Notes: generated from the letters alone by a model not told the origin. A DNA stretch of 64,000 nt from Candidatus Moraniibacteriota bacterium (GCA_030679995.1 JAUXSK010000018.1:121492-185491); one strand, 5' to 3'; positions 29,155 to 38,828 are shown, counted from the first letter of the stretch. Numbers and translations: made by a program.

Positions 29155-31215
29155 TTGAAAACATTTATGCAACAACTAATTAAAAATAAAAACATATCCA
29201 GGATAGCGGCATACCTGTGGTTGGTTTTGGGTGAGATGTCTACGCTTGCGGCGATTATCGCTGTCGGATGGTTTTTGATTGGTTATTATGCGCATTTCGA
29301 ATTTTTGCAAACTGGCTATCAGGATTGGATTTATCATGCCTTTCGAGTTCAGGATATTTCTCAGTTCGGTATCGCTTCCTGGGATCATATTTGGAGCGGC
29401 GGTATAAATCATTGGCGAGCGTTTCAATATATTGAGCATATGCTTACTTATGGCGTGGTAAACCTAACTGGAATGTCTATTACGCATGCCATGCTTTGGA
29501 TATCGATAGTTGTTTTTATCGCATTACGTGTTTTTATGTATGGGGTACTCAGGTATTTGAAAATAAGCCGCTTGTTTAGCGCTGTCGCTGTTATTGTTTC
29601 ATTTGCATTTTCTCAACAGTGGACGGCCCTAAAGGAGTTTTCTATTTTTGTGGGTTTTATCGTGGTTCCGTTATATGTGTTGCTTTGGATTGCGACTTTA
29701 AAATCAATGCGCTATGTTTTTTTGCTTGCCGCTATCACCGGAGCGTCTTGGTCGATACACCCTGTCGTAGGTTATAGTATGTCCGGTATGCTCCTATTTC
29801 TCGTGCTTGCTAATAATCTCAAAAAGGACATAAGAAAATTGATGCTGGTTGTATTAGTATATTTCGTCAGTTCAATGCCATTCACAATACCGTATTTTTT
29901 TTCGGGATACAGCGTCAGTAATTTATTTTATGTTACGCCGCAGTTTTTGCGAATGTTGCTTGTTCCTGAATATTTTGGATTGAGCCTGCTCTATTTTATT
30001 TTGCTTGCTGTGAGTTGGGTAATTATGGTTGTAAAATCAAGCGAATCACCTCGCTGGGCAAAAATACTACTCTTGTATTGCACGGTTTATTTGTGCTTTA
30101 TTTATTTTGGTTTATTGGGATATTTTCCAGTTTTTATCAATAAATTTCAATTCTCGCGTGCCATTCCATTTATTGCTTTGGTATTACCTTTTTGTTTTGC
30201 TGCTTTTTTTCAGACCGCTCTTCCAAATATTCGATCGCGTATGGCGTACGCGATATTTATTGTATTGATAGCTATTGGCATTTCACAATCGATTGAAATT
30301 GCGACACGATATTCCGGTCAGCCGATAGACTCGATTCAAGACCCGGTGGCAATATATTTTGCAAACAAAGAAGTGCCATATGGAAGCATATATTTCAAAG
30401 ATGTTACTGAGGCAAGTTATTTAGGGAAAACCGGGTTGCGTTTTATAACATCGTACAATCAGCATTTATTACCCAATCCGTACTCTATGCGCTTCGACGG
30501 ACTTATGAAAACTGACATTTCTTATACTGGCGTAACGGAACGTCAGATAAAAATGATCAATGATTATAGTCTTGTTTTGGGAGTCGAATATGTCTTCATT
30601 CCTAAACTCTCTCCGCTTGTGAATGGTTTGACTGTCAGTCAAGGGGATTTTGACGCTCTATTTGAAAATTTGGGAGAAGTCAATGTGCCTTCGGATGTTT
30701 TTGCAGTTTTGCGTAATCGCCAGCCGATTGCAAATGCGTATGCTTTCGATAAAAATAATATGGATAATTTTCTTCGTTTTTCGGAGATACCCAAACCGAC
30801 ATTGCAAATTGATTCATATAAGCTGTGGGATGACGAAATCAGTCGTATGGCGCAATTGATACGGTCAGGACAAATGAAATCATTGCCGATGAGCTTTGTT
30901 TGGCCAAATAAACTTGTGGTGGATGCGAAAGAAATTCAAGATATGAATCAGCCAAGTTTGTTGTTAACTCAGAGTTATGATCAGAATTGGACTATAGAAA
31001 ATGAAAAGTCAGCGATTAAACCGACAAATTTGCGATTTATGTCAGTCAATCTTCCCAAGGAAAAAATTTCTGATAAGGTGGTCTTATCGAACAACTGGCC
31101 GCGTTGGCACTGGCCTATCCAATCACTCGGCCTGGTTATGATTGTTGTCACCGGAATTATTGCGATATTTCGAAGGCATAAAATAATAAATTCTACTAAT
31201 AGGACTAATTTATGA
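29155..31215 (+). CDS. Polytopic membrane protein, possible GT-C/YfhO-like
   Basis: About 12 N-terminal TMs, QDWIYH loop, large extracytoplasmic domain with QSYDQNW, C-terminal TM; start may be ATG 29167. Confidence 0.6.
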   Translation: MKTFMQQLIKNKNISRIAAYLWLVLGEMSTLAAIIAVGWFLIGYYAHFEFLQTGYQDWIYHAFRVQDISQFGIASWDHIWSGGINHWRAFQYIEHMLTYGVVNLTGMSITHAMLWISIVVFIALRVFMYGVLRYLKISRLFSAVAVIVSFAFSQQWTALKEFSIFVGFIVVPLYVLLWIATLKSMRYVFLLAAITGASWSIHPVVGYSMSGMLLFLVLANNLKKDIRKLMLVVLVYFVSSMPFTIPYFFSGYSVSNLFYVTPQFLRMLLVPEYFGLSLLYFILLAVSWVIMVVKSSESPRWAKILLLYCTVYLCFIYFGLLGYFPVFINKFQFSRAIPFIALVLPFCFAAFFQTALPNIRSRMAYAIFIVLIAIGISQSIEIATRYSGQPIDSIQDPVAIYFANKEVPYGSIYFKDVTEASYLGKTGLRFITSYNQHLLPNPYSMRFDGLMKTDISYTGVTERQIKMINDYSLVLGVEYVFIPKLSPLVNGLTVSQGDFDALFENLGEVNVPSDVFAVLRNRQPIANAYAFDKNNMDNFLRFSEIPKPTLQIDSYKLWDDEISRMAQLIRSGQMKSLPMSFVWPNKLVVDAKEIQDMNQPSLLLTQSYDQNWTIENEKSAIKPTNLRFMSVNLPKEKISDKVVLSNNWPRWHWPIQSLGLVMIVVTGIIAIFRRHKIINSTNRTNL

Positions 31216-32744
31216 GCATAAAACTATTGAAACAATACGTGCCGCACGCACGCATCACGTCCGCTAAAATTCTCAGTATGACCACAGTCTTTCTTTTGGG
31301 CGCCCCGATGGTCGTGATTTATTATGGAGCTTTTGTTTTTAATCCTGCCAATGCGGATAATGTCTTTATGTATATAATCCAGGTGGTTGCGGATATTATC
31401 GCGATTATAGCGTTGCTTGGACTTTGGGTGACGGTTCTTATGGATGTGATAACCCAGCAACATCATCGCTCGCATCATTTTGATCCAGGTGATTTTCTTG
31501 TTGAAAAAAAACCGACTATAGATATATTCGTGACTGCTATGGGTGAATCTTTAGAGACTCTTGAAGAAACTCTTACAGCAGCGATAAATATGGATTATCC
31601 GCATAACACTTTTATTTTGGATGATGGTAAATCCGATGCTTTAAAGAAGTTTGCACAATCATTGGGCGTGATATATGTTGTTCGTCCAGACAGGAGGCAT
31701 GCTAAGGCAGGGAATGTCAATAATGGACTAAGATTCAGCAAAAGTGAATTTTTCGCAATTTTTGATGCGGATCAAGTGCCTAAAAAAGATTTTATTACCA
31801 GGTTGTTGCCATACATGAAAGATTCGAAAATGGCAATGGTCCAATCTCCCCAATATTTCGCCAATACGCATTCTTTCATTGCGGCTGGAACATCACAGGC
31901 CCAAGAAGTTTTTTATAAATATGTTTGTCCGGCAAAAAATATCTCTAACTCAGCTTTTTGTGTCGGGACGAATGTTGTTTTCAGGCGTAGCGCCATCGAA
32001 GATATCGGCGGGATAGCCCGCAACAATTCGGAGGATATCTGGACATCATACCAGCTTCATGAAAATGGCTGGCACACGATTTTTGTGAATGAGGTATTGG
32101 CAATCGGCGAGGCTCCGGCGACGGTAGTTTCATATTTCAAACAGCAAAGGCGCTGGGCTAAGGGAGGGCTTTCGATGCTTTTTACGAAAAATCCGCTTCG
32201 ATCAAAAAAATTAAATCTTGATCAAAAAATGCAATATTTTATTTCCAATTCATTTTTTCTAGTCGGTGTGTCCATCTTTGTTTATGTGCTTTTTCCGATC
32301 CTGTATCTTCTCTTCGGCATCAAGCCTCTTGATACCGAAAATGGCATCGTTTGGGTACTTCATTACGTTCCTTATTTTGCTTTGTATTATTCTTTGACGT
32401 ATTTATTTTTAGGCAGTATTCGGTTGGAAACTCTTTCGACAGCATTGGCAAGTTTTTACCCATATCTGCTTGGACTTTTTTCAGCTCTTTTCGATACGGA
32501 GCAAGTATGGGTGGCAACGACTTCAAGAAAAAATACGGAAGACGCTTTTATGAAATGGGCGTGGCCGCATGTGTTTATAATTTTTCTTTCTCTGTTTAGC
32601 CTGGTTGTCGGATGGTATAATCCATATAATTTTTGGACGACAGTATTCAATACGGCATGGGTTGTTTTGAATGCCTATTTGCTCTTTTTGTTTATAACTG
32701 GAGAAAAAAGAATTGTTAAAAATAGAAATAATATAATTCAATAA
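31212..32744 (+). CDS. Cellulose-synthase-like GT2 (BcsA/CrdS-like) without PilZ domain
   Basis: DDG, HAKAGNVN, FDADQVP, VQSPQYF, SED, QQRRW motifs; protein ends just after the last TM. Confidence 0.88.
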   Translation: MSIKLLKQYVPHARITSAKILSMTTVFLLGAPMVVIYYGAFVFNPANADNVFMYIIQVVADIIAIIALLGLWVTVLMDVITQQHHRSHHFDPGDFLVEKKPTIDIFVTAMGESLETLEETLTAAINMDYPHNTFILDDGKSDALKKFAQSLGVIYVVRPDRRHAKAGNVNNGLRFSKSEFFAIFDADQVPKKDFITRLLPYMKDSKMAMVQSPQYFANTHSFIAAGTSQAQEVFYKYVCPAKNISNSAFCVGTNVVFRRSAIEDIGGIARNNSEDIWTSYQLHENGWHTIFVNEVLAIGEAPATVVSYFKQQRRWAKGGLSMLFTKNPLRSKKLNLDQKMQYFISNSFFLVGVSIFVYVLFPILYLLFGIKPLDTENGIVWVLHYVPYFALYYSLTYLFLGSIRLETLSTALASFYPYLLGLFSALFDTEQVWVATTSRKNTEDAFMKWAWPHVFIIFLSLFSLVVGWYNPYNFWTTVFNTAWVVLNAYLLFLFITGEKRIVKNRNNIIQ

Positions 32745-32755
32745 GATAAAATAAT

Positions 32756-33544
32756 ATGCCAAGGACAATATTCGCAGAAATCAAACAATGGTTAATAAAT
32801 AGCGCGTATTTCGTCGCAGTCTTTGTATTGGCCTTTGGAATCGCGACACAAGCATTGGTACGGCGAGTGAATGGTTATGAGGCGACCAAGAAGCCCCTAT
32901 TTTTTTCTATAAACAAGGAAAATATTATATTGTCAAATTCTGTTGCTGGAAGAATCGAAAATGTCGCAGTTTCAACGGGTGAACATGTGCACAAAGGGGA
33001 TCTGCTTGTTAGCATAGTGGATGATTCTATGACGCAGCGCATCATTGCTTTGAAGGGATTGGCTAATAATAATATTTCCGCTGAAACGGAATTGGAAACG
33101 CTCAAATCGCGCGTGGGGGAATATGAAATTCGTGCGCCTCGAGACGGGGTGATTTATTACATTTCGGCGGCTGAAGGAAGTTATTTAAATGCCAGTTCTC
33201 CGATTTTGACTATGTTTGCGGATAGCAATGTAAAAATTATGGGTATGGTAAATCAGGAACAATATACAAAAATACAACAAAACAAAGAAATCGATGTCTA
33301 TAGCCCTCGATTTGAGCAGGTGTATAAAATAATTTTTACAGGTGTCGGGCGCGTACAAGCAGCAACAAATTATGAAGAGAGTAAGTTCGAAATCCAATTC
33401 CGTTTTGCAGATGAAGAGAATGGCGCAGCTTTCATCGAGGGTGAGCAACTTGAAATGATAGCCAGAAATGATACCGATGATGCTGCTTTAAAGCCGTCTT
33501 TTCGCATCGCTAAATTGTGGAATAATATGATTTTAGGGGATTAA
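32756..33544 (+). CDS. HlyD/MFP-like adaptor (lipoyl hybrid) protein
   Basis: N-terminal TM; GEHVHKGDLL and IRAPRDGVI half-lipoyl motifs flanking a short coil. Confidence 0.7.
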   Translation: MPRTIFAEIKQWLINSAYFVAVFVLAFGIATQALVRRVNGYEATKKPLFFSINKENIILSNSVAGRIENVAVSTGEHVHKGDLLVSIVDDSMTQRIIALKGLANNNISAETELETLKSRVGEYEIRAPRDGVIYYISAAEGSYLNASSPILTMFADSNVKIMGMVNQEQYTKIQQNKEIDVYSPRFEQVYKIIFTGVGRVQAATNYEESKFEIQFRFADEENGAAFIEGEQLEMIARNDTDDAALKPSFRIAKLWNNMILGD

Positions 33545-33564
33545 ATCGCTTTATTTTCAGCCAT

Positions 33565-33593
33565 TTGCCAGATTTCCGATTGTCTGATATTAT
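33565..33593 (+). promoter_or_regulatory. Sigma70 promoter of TasA/SipW operon
   Basis: TTGCCA-17-TATTAT with TG extension. Confidence 0.6.
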
Positions 33594-33625
33594 CTGGGCA
33601 ACAGCAGAATCTTAAAAATAGCATA

Positions 33626-33770
33626 CTTAAAAAGATTATGATCCGCGCATTGTGATGAAATTTCGAGAGAGTTTCTTGGTCACTTATGTTTGTGCGGGGA
33701 GTCTAATAGTGAAACCGGTTTGGGCCGAAAAGTTGTGAGACTTTTCAGTTTGGACCGGTTTTTTATTTTT
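33626..33770 (+). ncRNA. c-di-GMP-II-like riboswitch copy 3 + terminator
   Basis: GAT-TAT-GA-TCC/GG-GGA-GTC K-turn; CCGCGCA/TGTGCGG; pseudoknot GGTCACT/AGTGA-AA-CC (compensatory change); GTGA-capped terminator + T tract. Confidence 0.82.
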
Positions 33771-33903
33771 GGAAAAACAACCCAATTTTAATATATATAA
33801 AGGTCGAGGCGGAAACTGCCTAAAGTTTCAAAATTTTTATTCCGATTCATAAAATAGGAATAAAAAATAATTTTAATCAGCGTTTAATAAATAATAAAAA
33901 ACT

Positions 33904-35088
33904 ATGAAAAAAATGATCAAAAGCGGACTCATCGTGCTCGCGGTCGCTGCAATTGCCGGGTATGGAACATACTCTTTCTTTAGCGACACAGAAACGTCTT
34001 CGGGAAACAATTTTACCGCAGGAGAAATCGACCTGACCGTGACCAATACTGGCAGCGCTACGGACGGCGCTTGTACGTTTGATAATACGCCAGGCGGACC
34101 GATTTTTAATTGTACTGATGTGAAGCCTGGAGACAATGGTGAAAGCACATTGAACTTCAACCTTACAAGCAATCCTGCTTGGGCTTGTATGTATGTGGAC
34201 AATGTTGTTGATAGTGATAATGGGTGCAACGATCCGGAATTGGCTGCTGAATCAGTTTGTACGGAAGATGGAAATGGTGAATTAGACAACGCTCTAATGC
34301 TGACTGTTTGGGTTGATGACGGCGCTGGAGATGGCGGAACAGCATGTAATAATATCCGAGACGGATCAGAAGAGGTAATTATAGGCAATCAGGCGTTAAG
34401 CTCTTTTGTGTTGCCAACGGGAGGCTATGTCCTTCCTATTTCAGACGCAAGTGCTGATTCTATGATGACCGCTCCAGTCCAACCGGGTGACCATTGTGTC
34501 GGTGTCGCGTGGAGTGTCGATCCAACAACAGGAAACGAAGTGCAGACAGATAAATTAGGTGGTGATCTGACCTTCTATGTTGAACAGGCAAGAAACAATG
34601 ATGGATTCACATGCGCGGCACATTTCACGCCTGCGGAAGGAGTGCAAACATTGACTCTTGAAAATGAGATACAGAATCCGACAGGACCTTGGACACCGAT
34701 TACCGGTGACGGGATACAAGGAACATTAGTTTGGCAAGGAGATGGAGATACATTTGATTACACTCTAACTGCGCAAGGATTACCTGCTAATTCATCATAC
34801 AGTTTGATTTATTATGCTGATCCTTACCCAGGTAATAATCCAGGTAAATTAATCGGAACACACATGACCGATGGAGATGGCGAAATCGATGCTGCTGGAA
34901 ATCCAGATTTAGGAATGGATTTGCCAGATCCTGCAGATGCTAACTTCGGGACTGGTGCTAAGATTTGGTTGATTCCAAGCAGTGCATATGATGCTGCGAG
35001 CAGTAGTATCATTTCTTGGACACCAGATACTACTACCTGGTTGTTCGAAGGTAATGTTTACATCCATTACAACGATACGAATAACTAA
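33904..35088 (+). CDS. TasA/camelysin-family protein with SipW-type signal peptide
   Basis: GTYSFFSDTETSSGNNFTAGEIDL signal motif; VKPGD, GEL, NEVQTD, TFYVEQ core motifs. Confidence 0.85.
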   Translation: MKKMIKSGLIVLAVAAIAGYGTYSFFSDTETSSGNNFTAGEIDLTVTNTGSATDGACTFDNTPGGPIFNCTDVKPGDNGESTLNFNLTSNPAWACMYVDNVVDSDNGCNDPELAAESVCTEDGNGELDNALMLTVWVDDGAGDGGTACNNIRDGSEEVIIGNQALSSFVLPTGGYVLPISDASADSMMTAPVQPGDHCVGVAWSVDPTTGNEVQTDKLGGDLTFYVEQARNNDGFTCAAHFTPAEGVQTLTLENEIQNPTGPWTPITGDGIQGTLVWQGDGDTFDYTLTAQGLPANSSYSLIYYADPYPGNNPGKLIGTHMTDGDGEIDAAGNPDLGMDLPDPADANFGTGAKIWLIPSSAYDAASSSIISWTPDTTTWLFEGNVYIHYNDTNN

Positions 35089-35199
35089 ACAAGATGTAGT
35101 CTTTTACTTCCGCTCATTTTCAAAATGGGCGGGAGAATAAAGATCTAAGGATAATTAATTACTTGCATAAGTAAGTACCTAAGTAAGTATTAAAACAAT

Positions 35200-36543
35200 A
35201 TGATGAAAATATTGAAAAGCCTTGCAATCGTCATTGCCATCGCGGCTATCGCGGGGGGAGCATCCTATTCGTTTTTCTCTGACACGGAAATGTCAGCTGG
35301 CAATATGTTCACGGCGGGAGTTATTAATTTAAAAATTGATAATTCAAGTTATGCCATAGATTCTGTTATTCCTGGGTTTGATGATCCGGTGGGAGATTTG
35401 GTTGCGAGTCCGCACAATACCTGGTCCTATGACAACCTCACCGATCAACTATTTTTCAATTTTGAAGATTTGAAACCGGGGGATATAGGGGAAGACACGA
35501 TCGGTTTGCAGGTTTCCAGTAATGACGCTTGGGCGTGTATGAAGGTGGACATAACGGACACTCCTGAAAATGATTTGATAGATCCGGAAGCAGAAGCAGG
35601 GGACAAGACAGAAAAGAACGGGGAACTTCAAGATGAGCTAAGTTTCGCTTTTTGGGCGGATGACGGGGACAATGTATATGAAGATGAGGAAGTCACGCTT
35701 GATGATGGCAATCCGGGCATATTTTTAGAGGGAAAAGCCGCAGATATTTTCAAAAATAAATTTATTACGCTGGCTGATTCAATGGCTGATGTGTGGCCTG
35801 GCGGCAATGGCCGTCCGATAATCGCGGGTGAAAATTATTATATTGCTAAGGTTTGGTGCTTTGGAAAATTGACTCCGGCACCTGTCTCATCCGGAGACGG
35901 AGATCCTCTCCATCGCGGAACTGGATTTTTATGTGATGGAGATTCAGTTTCTAGCGCGTCTCAAACGGATGGGATAAAAGCGGACGTGACATTCTACTCT
36001 GAGCAAGCTAGAAATAATCCGCACTTCGTCTGTAATCAGCAGGAGTGCTTGGCTGATACTGTCTATACTTCAGAAGTCGAAAGCAATGTCCAAGGTACGC
36101 TCAATGATGGCACTCCTGTGATTGATCCGGATCGGACTGACCCAAGTGAGGCTAATGGTCCGCCAGATTGGGTTAGTGGAACTGGCACGAACTTCTATAG
36201 TCTGGGTAAAGGTGGGACAGTGACTCTGAAATTTGCCGATGTCGTCGGTAATGGGAATGGAAATGACCTCGCTGTCTATGAAGCGACCAACGGGCGCGAT
36301 TCATATCCGCTGGAAAGTGCGGATGTGGAAGTGAGCCTCAATGGAAAGGCTTGGTATCCTGTTGGCATAGCCACAAGCGAACCTGGTGGGGATGGCGTTT
36401 CATATTTTGATATATCTTCCACTCCTCTTTCAATGTTCAAATATGTAAGACTGACTGATTCGACTGATTTCTCTTTGCACAACAGTATCTCCGACGGATT
36501 TGATTTGGACGCGGTTGGTGGTGTCTACGGAGAGTGCGAATAA
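35200..36543 (+). CDS. TasA-family protein with SipW-type signal and extra C-terminal beta-sandwich domain
   Basis: ASYSFFSDTEMSAGNMFTAG; LKPGD...QTD...TFYSEQARNN; C-terminal SLGKGG...DLAVYE...GFDLDAV domain. Confidence 0.85.
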   Translation: MMKILKSLAIVIAIAAIAGGASYSFFSDTEMSAGNMFTAGVINLKIDNSSYAIDSVIPGFDDPVGDLVASPHNTWSYDNLTDQLFFNFEDLKPGDIGEDTIGLQVSSNDAWACMKVDITDTPENDLIDPEAEAGDKTEKNGELQDELSFAFWADDGDNVYEDEEVTLDDGNPGIFLEGKAADIFKNKFITLADSMADVWPGGNGRPIIAGENYYIAKVWCFGKLTPAPVSSGDGDPLHRGTGFLCDGDSVSSASQTDGIKADVTFYSEQARNNPHFVCNQQECLADTVYTSEVESNVQGTLNDGTPVIDPDRTDPSEANGPPDWVSGTGTNFYSLGKGGTVTLKFADVVGNGNGNDLAVYEATNGRDSYPLESADVEVSLNGKAWYPVGIATSEPGGDGVSYFDISSTPLSMFKYVRLTDSTDFSLHNSISDGFDLDAVGGVYGECE

Positions 36544-36592
36544 TTATTGTTAAATATGTGATGTCCATCGCGTGCTATAAGAATACATTCTA

Positions 36593-37675
36593 ATGAATAA
36601 GATTATAACAAAATTTTCTAGAAACCTGATCATAGCCGTTTTTATTTTAGCTATGGGGGGATATGAGACGTATGCTTGTGTCGTGCAAGGCAAGGAGCTT
36701 TTTTGGCATAACTTTCCCGATAAGAAATTGGATTTGGAGATAAGCTATGCCGGATATTATAATAAGGATGCCGACAATCATCCCAATGCGGGAAGCTGGC
36801 GGCAACAGGACCTGACTACGCAGAAATTTTTTGATTTCTATGATATCAAACCGGGCGATTTCGGTGAGGGCACAATCGGCTTGCGCCTCAAGCACCAAGA
36901 TGCTTGGGGTTGTGCCACCATCCGTCCGACCGAAAATGATGATAATGGCTCCACTGAACCGGAATTGTTCGAGGATGCGCAAAATGTGGCAGCTGATAAA
37001 TGGGATGGCGAGTTGGCGAAAAAAATTAATTTTAAGATCTGGGCCGATGTTTGTTCGAAAAGATATGTGAAAGCGGGCGATAATGTTTTTCAGCCTGATT
37101 GCGATCGGCTTATAACCAGCGGTACCGGTCCGTTGCAGGAGCTTGACTTAGTTTTGGCTGACACTGAAAATCCGAATGTTTTCAACGGGAATATGGGACC
37201 GCTCAAAAAAAACAAAAACTATTATATAGGCGTAGATTGGAATATCGATTCGGATGTCGGCAATATCATCCAAACTGATTCATATAAGGCAGACATAACT
37301 TTTTTTGTCCAGCAGTCGGTTGGCAACCAGGACTTCCGTTGCGCTGATATCCGTAATGATGATCCGGATAAATGCTCGGATGGCGCCATACGCAATTGTT
37401 ATTCAGGTGATTTCGATAAAATCGATATCGGCATCTGTCGAAGCGGGACTGAAGCTTGCGTTCAAGGAAACTGGGGAAATTGTTCCGGAGAGATTTTTCC
37501 TGACAAGGAAATCTGCAAAGACAATCTGGATAACGACTGTGACGGGCAAATCGATGAAGGATGCCCGCCAATATGCCAGCGCGTGAGTGATTGCGACGAC
37601 CACAATTCAAAAACCGATGACAACTGCGTGAATAAAGAATGCGTGCATACGGAGAAAAAGAATTTAAAACGGTAA
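36593..37675 (+). CDS. TasA-like paralog with Cys-rich C-terminal (MopE-like) repeats
   Basis: IKPGD, AWGC, DGEL, NIIQTD core; EICKDNLDNDCDGQIDEGC motif; degenerate SipW motif. Confidence 0.75.
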   Translation: MNKIITKFSRNLIIAVFILAMGGYETYACVVQGKELFWHNFPDKKLDLEISYAGYYNKDADNHPNAGSWRQQDLTTQKFFDFYDIKPGDFGEGTIGLRLKHQDAWGCATIRPTENDDNGSTEPELFEDAQNVAADKWDGELAKKINFKIWADVCSKRYVKAGDNVFQPDCDRLITSGTGPLQELDLVLADTENPNVFNGNMGPLKKNKNYYIGVDWNIDSDVGNIIQTDSYKADITFFVQQSVGNQDFRCADIRNDDPDKCSDGAIRNCYSGDFDKIDIGICRSGTEACVQGNWGNCSGEIFPDKEICKDNLDNDCDGQIDEGCPPICQRVSDCDDHNSKTDDNCVNKECVHTEKKNLKR

Positions 37676-37698
37676 TACATAAAATAATATGAAAAGAT

Positions 37699-38355
37699 AT
37701 GACGGATAAAATTTTAAAAATTTTAAAAAATCTCATTTGGACGGCAATCGTCGTATTCCTGATTTTGATCGGTATAACATTCATTCCGATCAAAGGAAAT
37801 TACAAGGTTTATACGGTACAATCAGGTTCGATGGAGCCAGCTATCCATACCGGCAGTTTAATTTTTGTTAAAAGTCAGGAAAGTTACAGTGTAGATGATA
37901 TTGTAACGCGGGCGACCAAAGGCTCAAGAGCGACTGTCACGCATCGTATCATTTCTAAAAAAACGGAAGGTAGCAAGGTAATATTTGAAACCAAGGGAGA
38001 TGCTAATGAGGATCCAGATAGGGAAAGCGTGAGTCAAGATACGATTATTGGTAAGAAATTTTTTCAAATACCATATATCGGCTATCCAGTCGGATACGCT
38101 CGGACGATGCCGGGATTCATCCTTCTTATAATTATCCCAGCCGTAATTATCGTTTATGAAGAGATTAGGAAAATCAAAGAAGAAATCGTGAATATCTGGA
38201 AAAAGAAAAATGGGAAAGAAAATTTGCTTGTGGAAGATAATTTATCGGAAAAAAAATATACCCGAGTGTTAGCAGAGAATAATATCACGAATATAGGTCT
38301 TGAAACCAAAGAAGGCCTTATTAAGAAAGAAAAAATCAGTCGGAAAAAAGGATAA
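37699..38355 (+). CDS. sipW: Signal peptidase I, SipW/ER-type
   Basis: VQSGSMEPAI, VTHRI, TKGDAN, IPYIGY motifs; adjacent to TasA genes. Confidence 0.92.
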   Translation: MTDKILKILKNLIWTAIVVFLILIGITFIPIKGNYKVYTVQSGSMEPAIHTGSLIFVKSQESYSVDDIVTRATKGSRATVTHRIISKKTEGSKVIFETKGDANEDPDRESVSQDTIIGKKFFQIPYIGYPVGYARTMPGFILLIIIPAVIIVYEEIRKIKEEIVNIWKKKNGKENLLVEDNLSEKKYTRVLAENNITNIGLETKEGLIKKEKISRKKG

Positions 38356-38399
38356 TTTTTTTGAAGAGGTTGCATAGTCTGTATAAAAAACATTCAAAT

Positions 38400-38828
38400 A
38401 TGAAAGCGATTTTAAAATCATTGACACGGATTTTCATCGTAACCTTTCTGGTTGTTTTTGTCTTTGATATGAATCGTATTATCGGCACTGATTCTTCTTT
38501 TAGTGATATGGAATTGTCTTCAGATAATTCGTTTGTTGCTGGAAAGTGGGAGGAAAAAACAGATGTAATACTCAAAATAAAAGAGCTTAGATTGCCTGAA
38601 GAAAAACAGGACACGGTAATTTCTCCTACGATAAGCGAGCAAGTTGATAGTCCGCCATCTGAGCCATCTTTGCCTGTGGATGATGATATTCAGGACCAAG
38701 AAGAGGTTCCTGATGAAGAGGTTCGGAACGTTCTTGGTATTGAAGATCCGGTAGGGCAGGAGCAACCTTTGTCATCGGATGAGTCGGACTCTCCGACTGT
38801 GGATGGAGAGGGACAGGAATCATTGTGA
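38400..38828 (+). CDS. Small SipW-substrate protein with acidic disordered tail (TapA-like role possible)
   Basis: GTDSSFSDMELSSDNSFVAGKW SipW-class motif; P/D/E-rich C-terminus. Confidence 0.7.
   Translation: MKAILKSLTRIFIVTFLVVFVFDMNRIIGTDSSFSDMELSSDNSFVAGKWEEKTDVILKIKELRLPEEKQDTVISPTISEQVDSPPSEPSLPVDDDIQDQEEVPDEEVRNVLGIEDPVGQEQPLSSDESDSPTVDGEGQESL

Noticed and set aside
20348-33770. Three-copy element as T-box, CRISPR repeat or MITE
   Set aside because: No TGGNACC T-box bulge, no regular repeat-spacer array, no terminal inverted repeats or target duplications. Covariation and 5' UTR placement fit a riboswitch.
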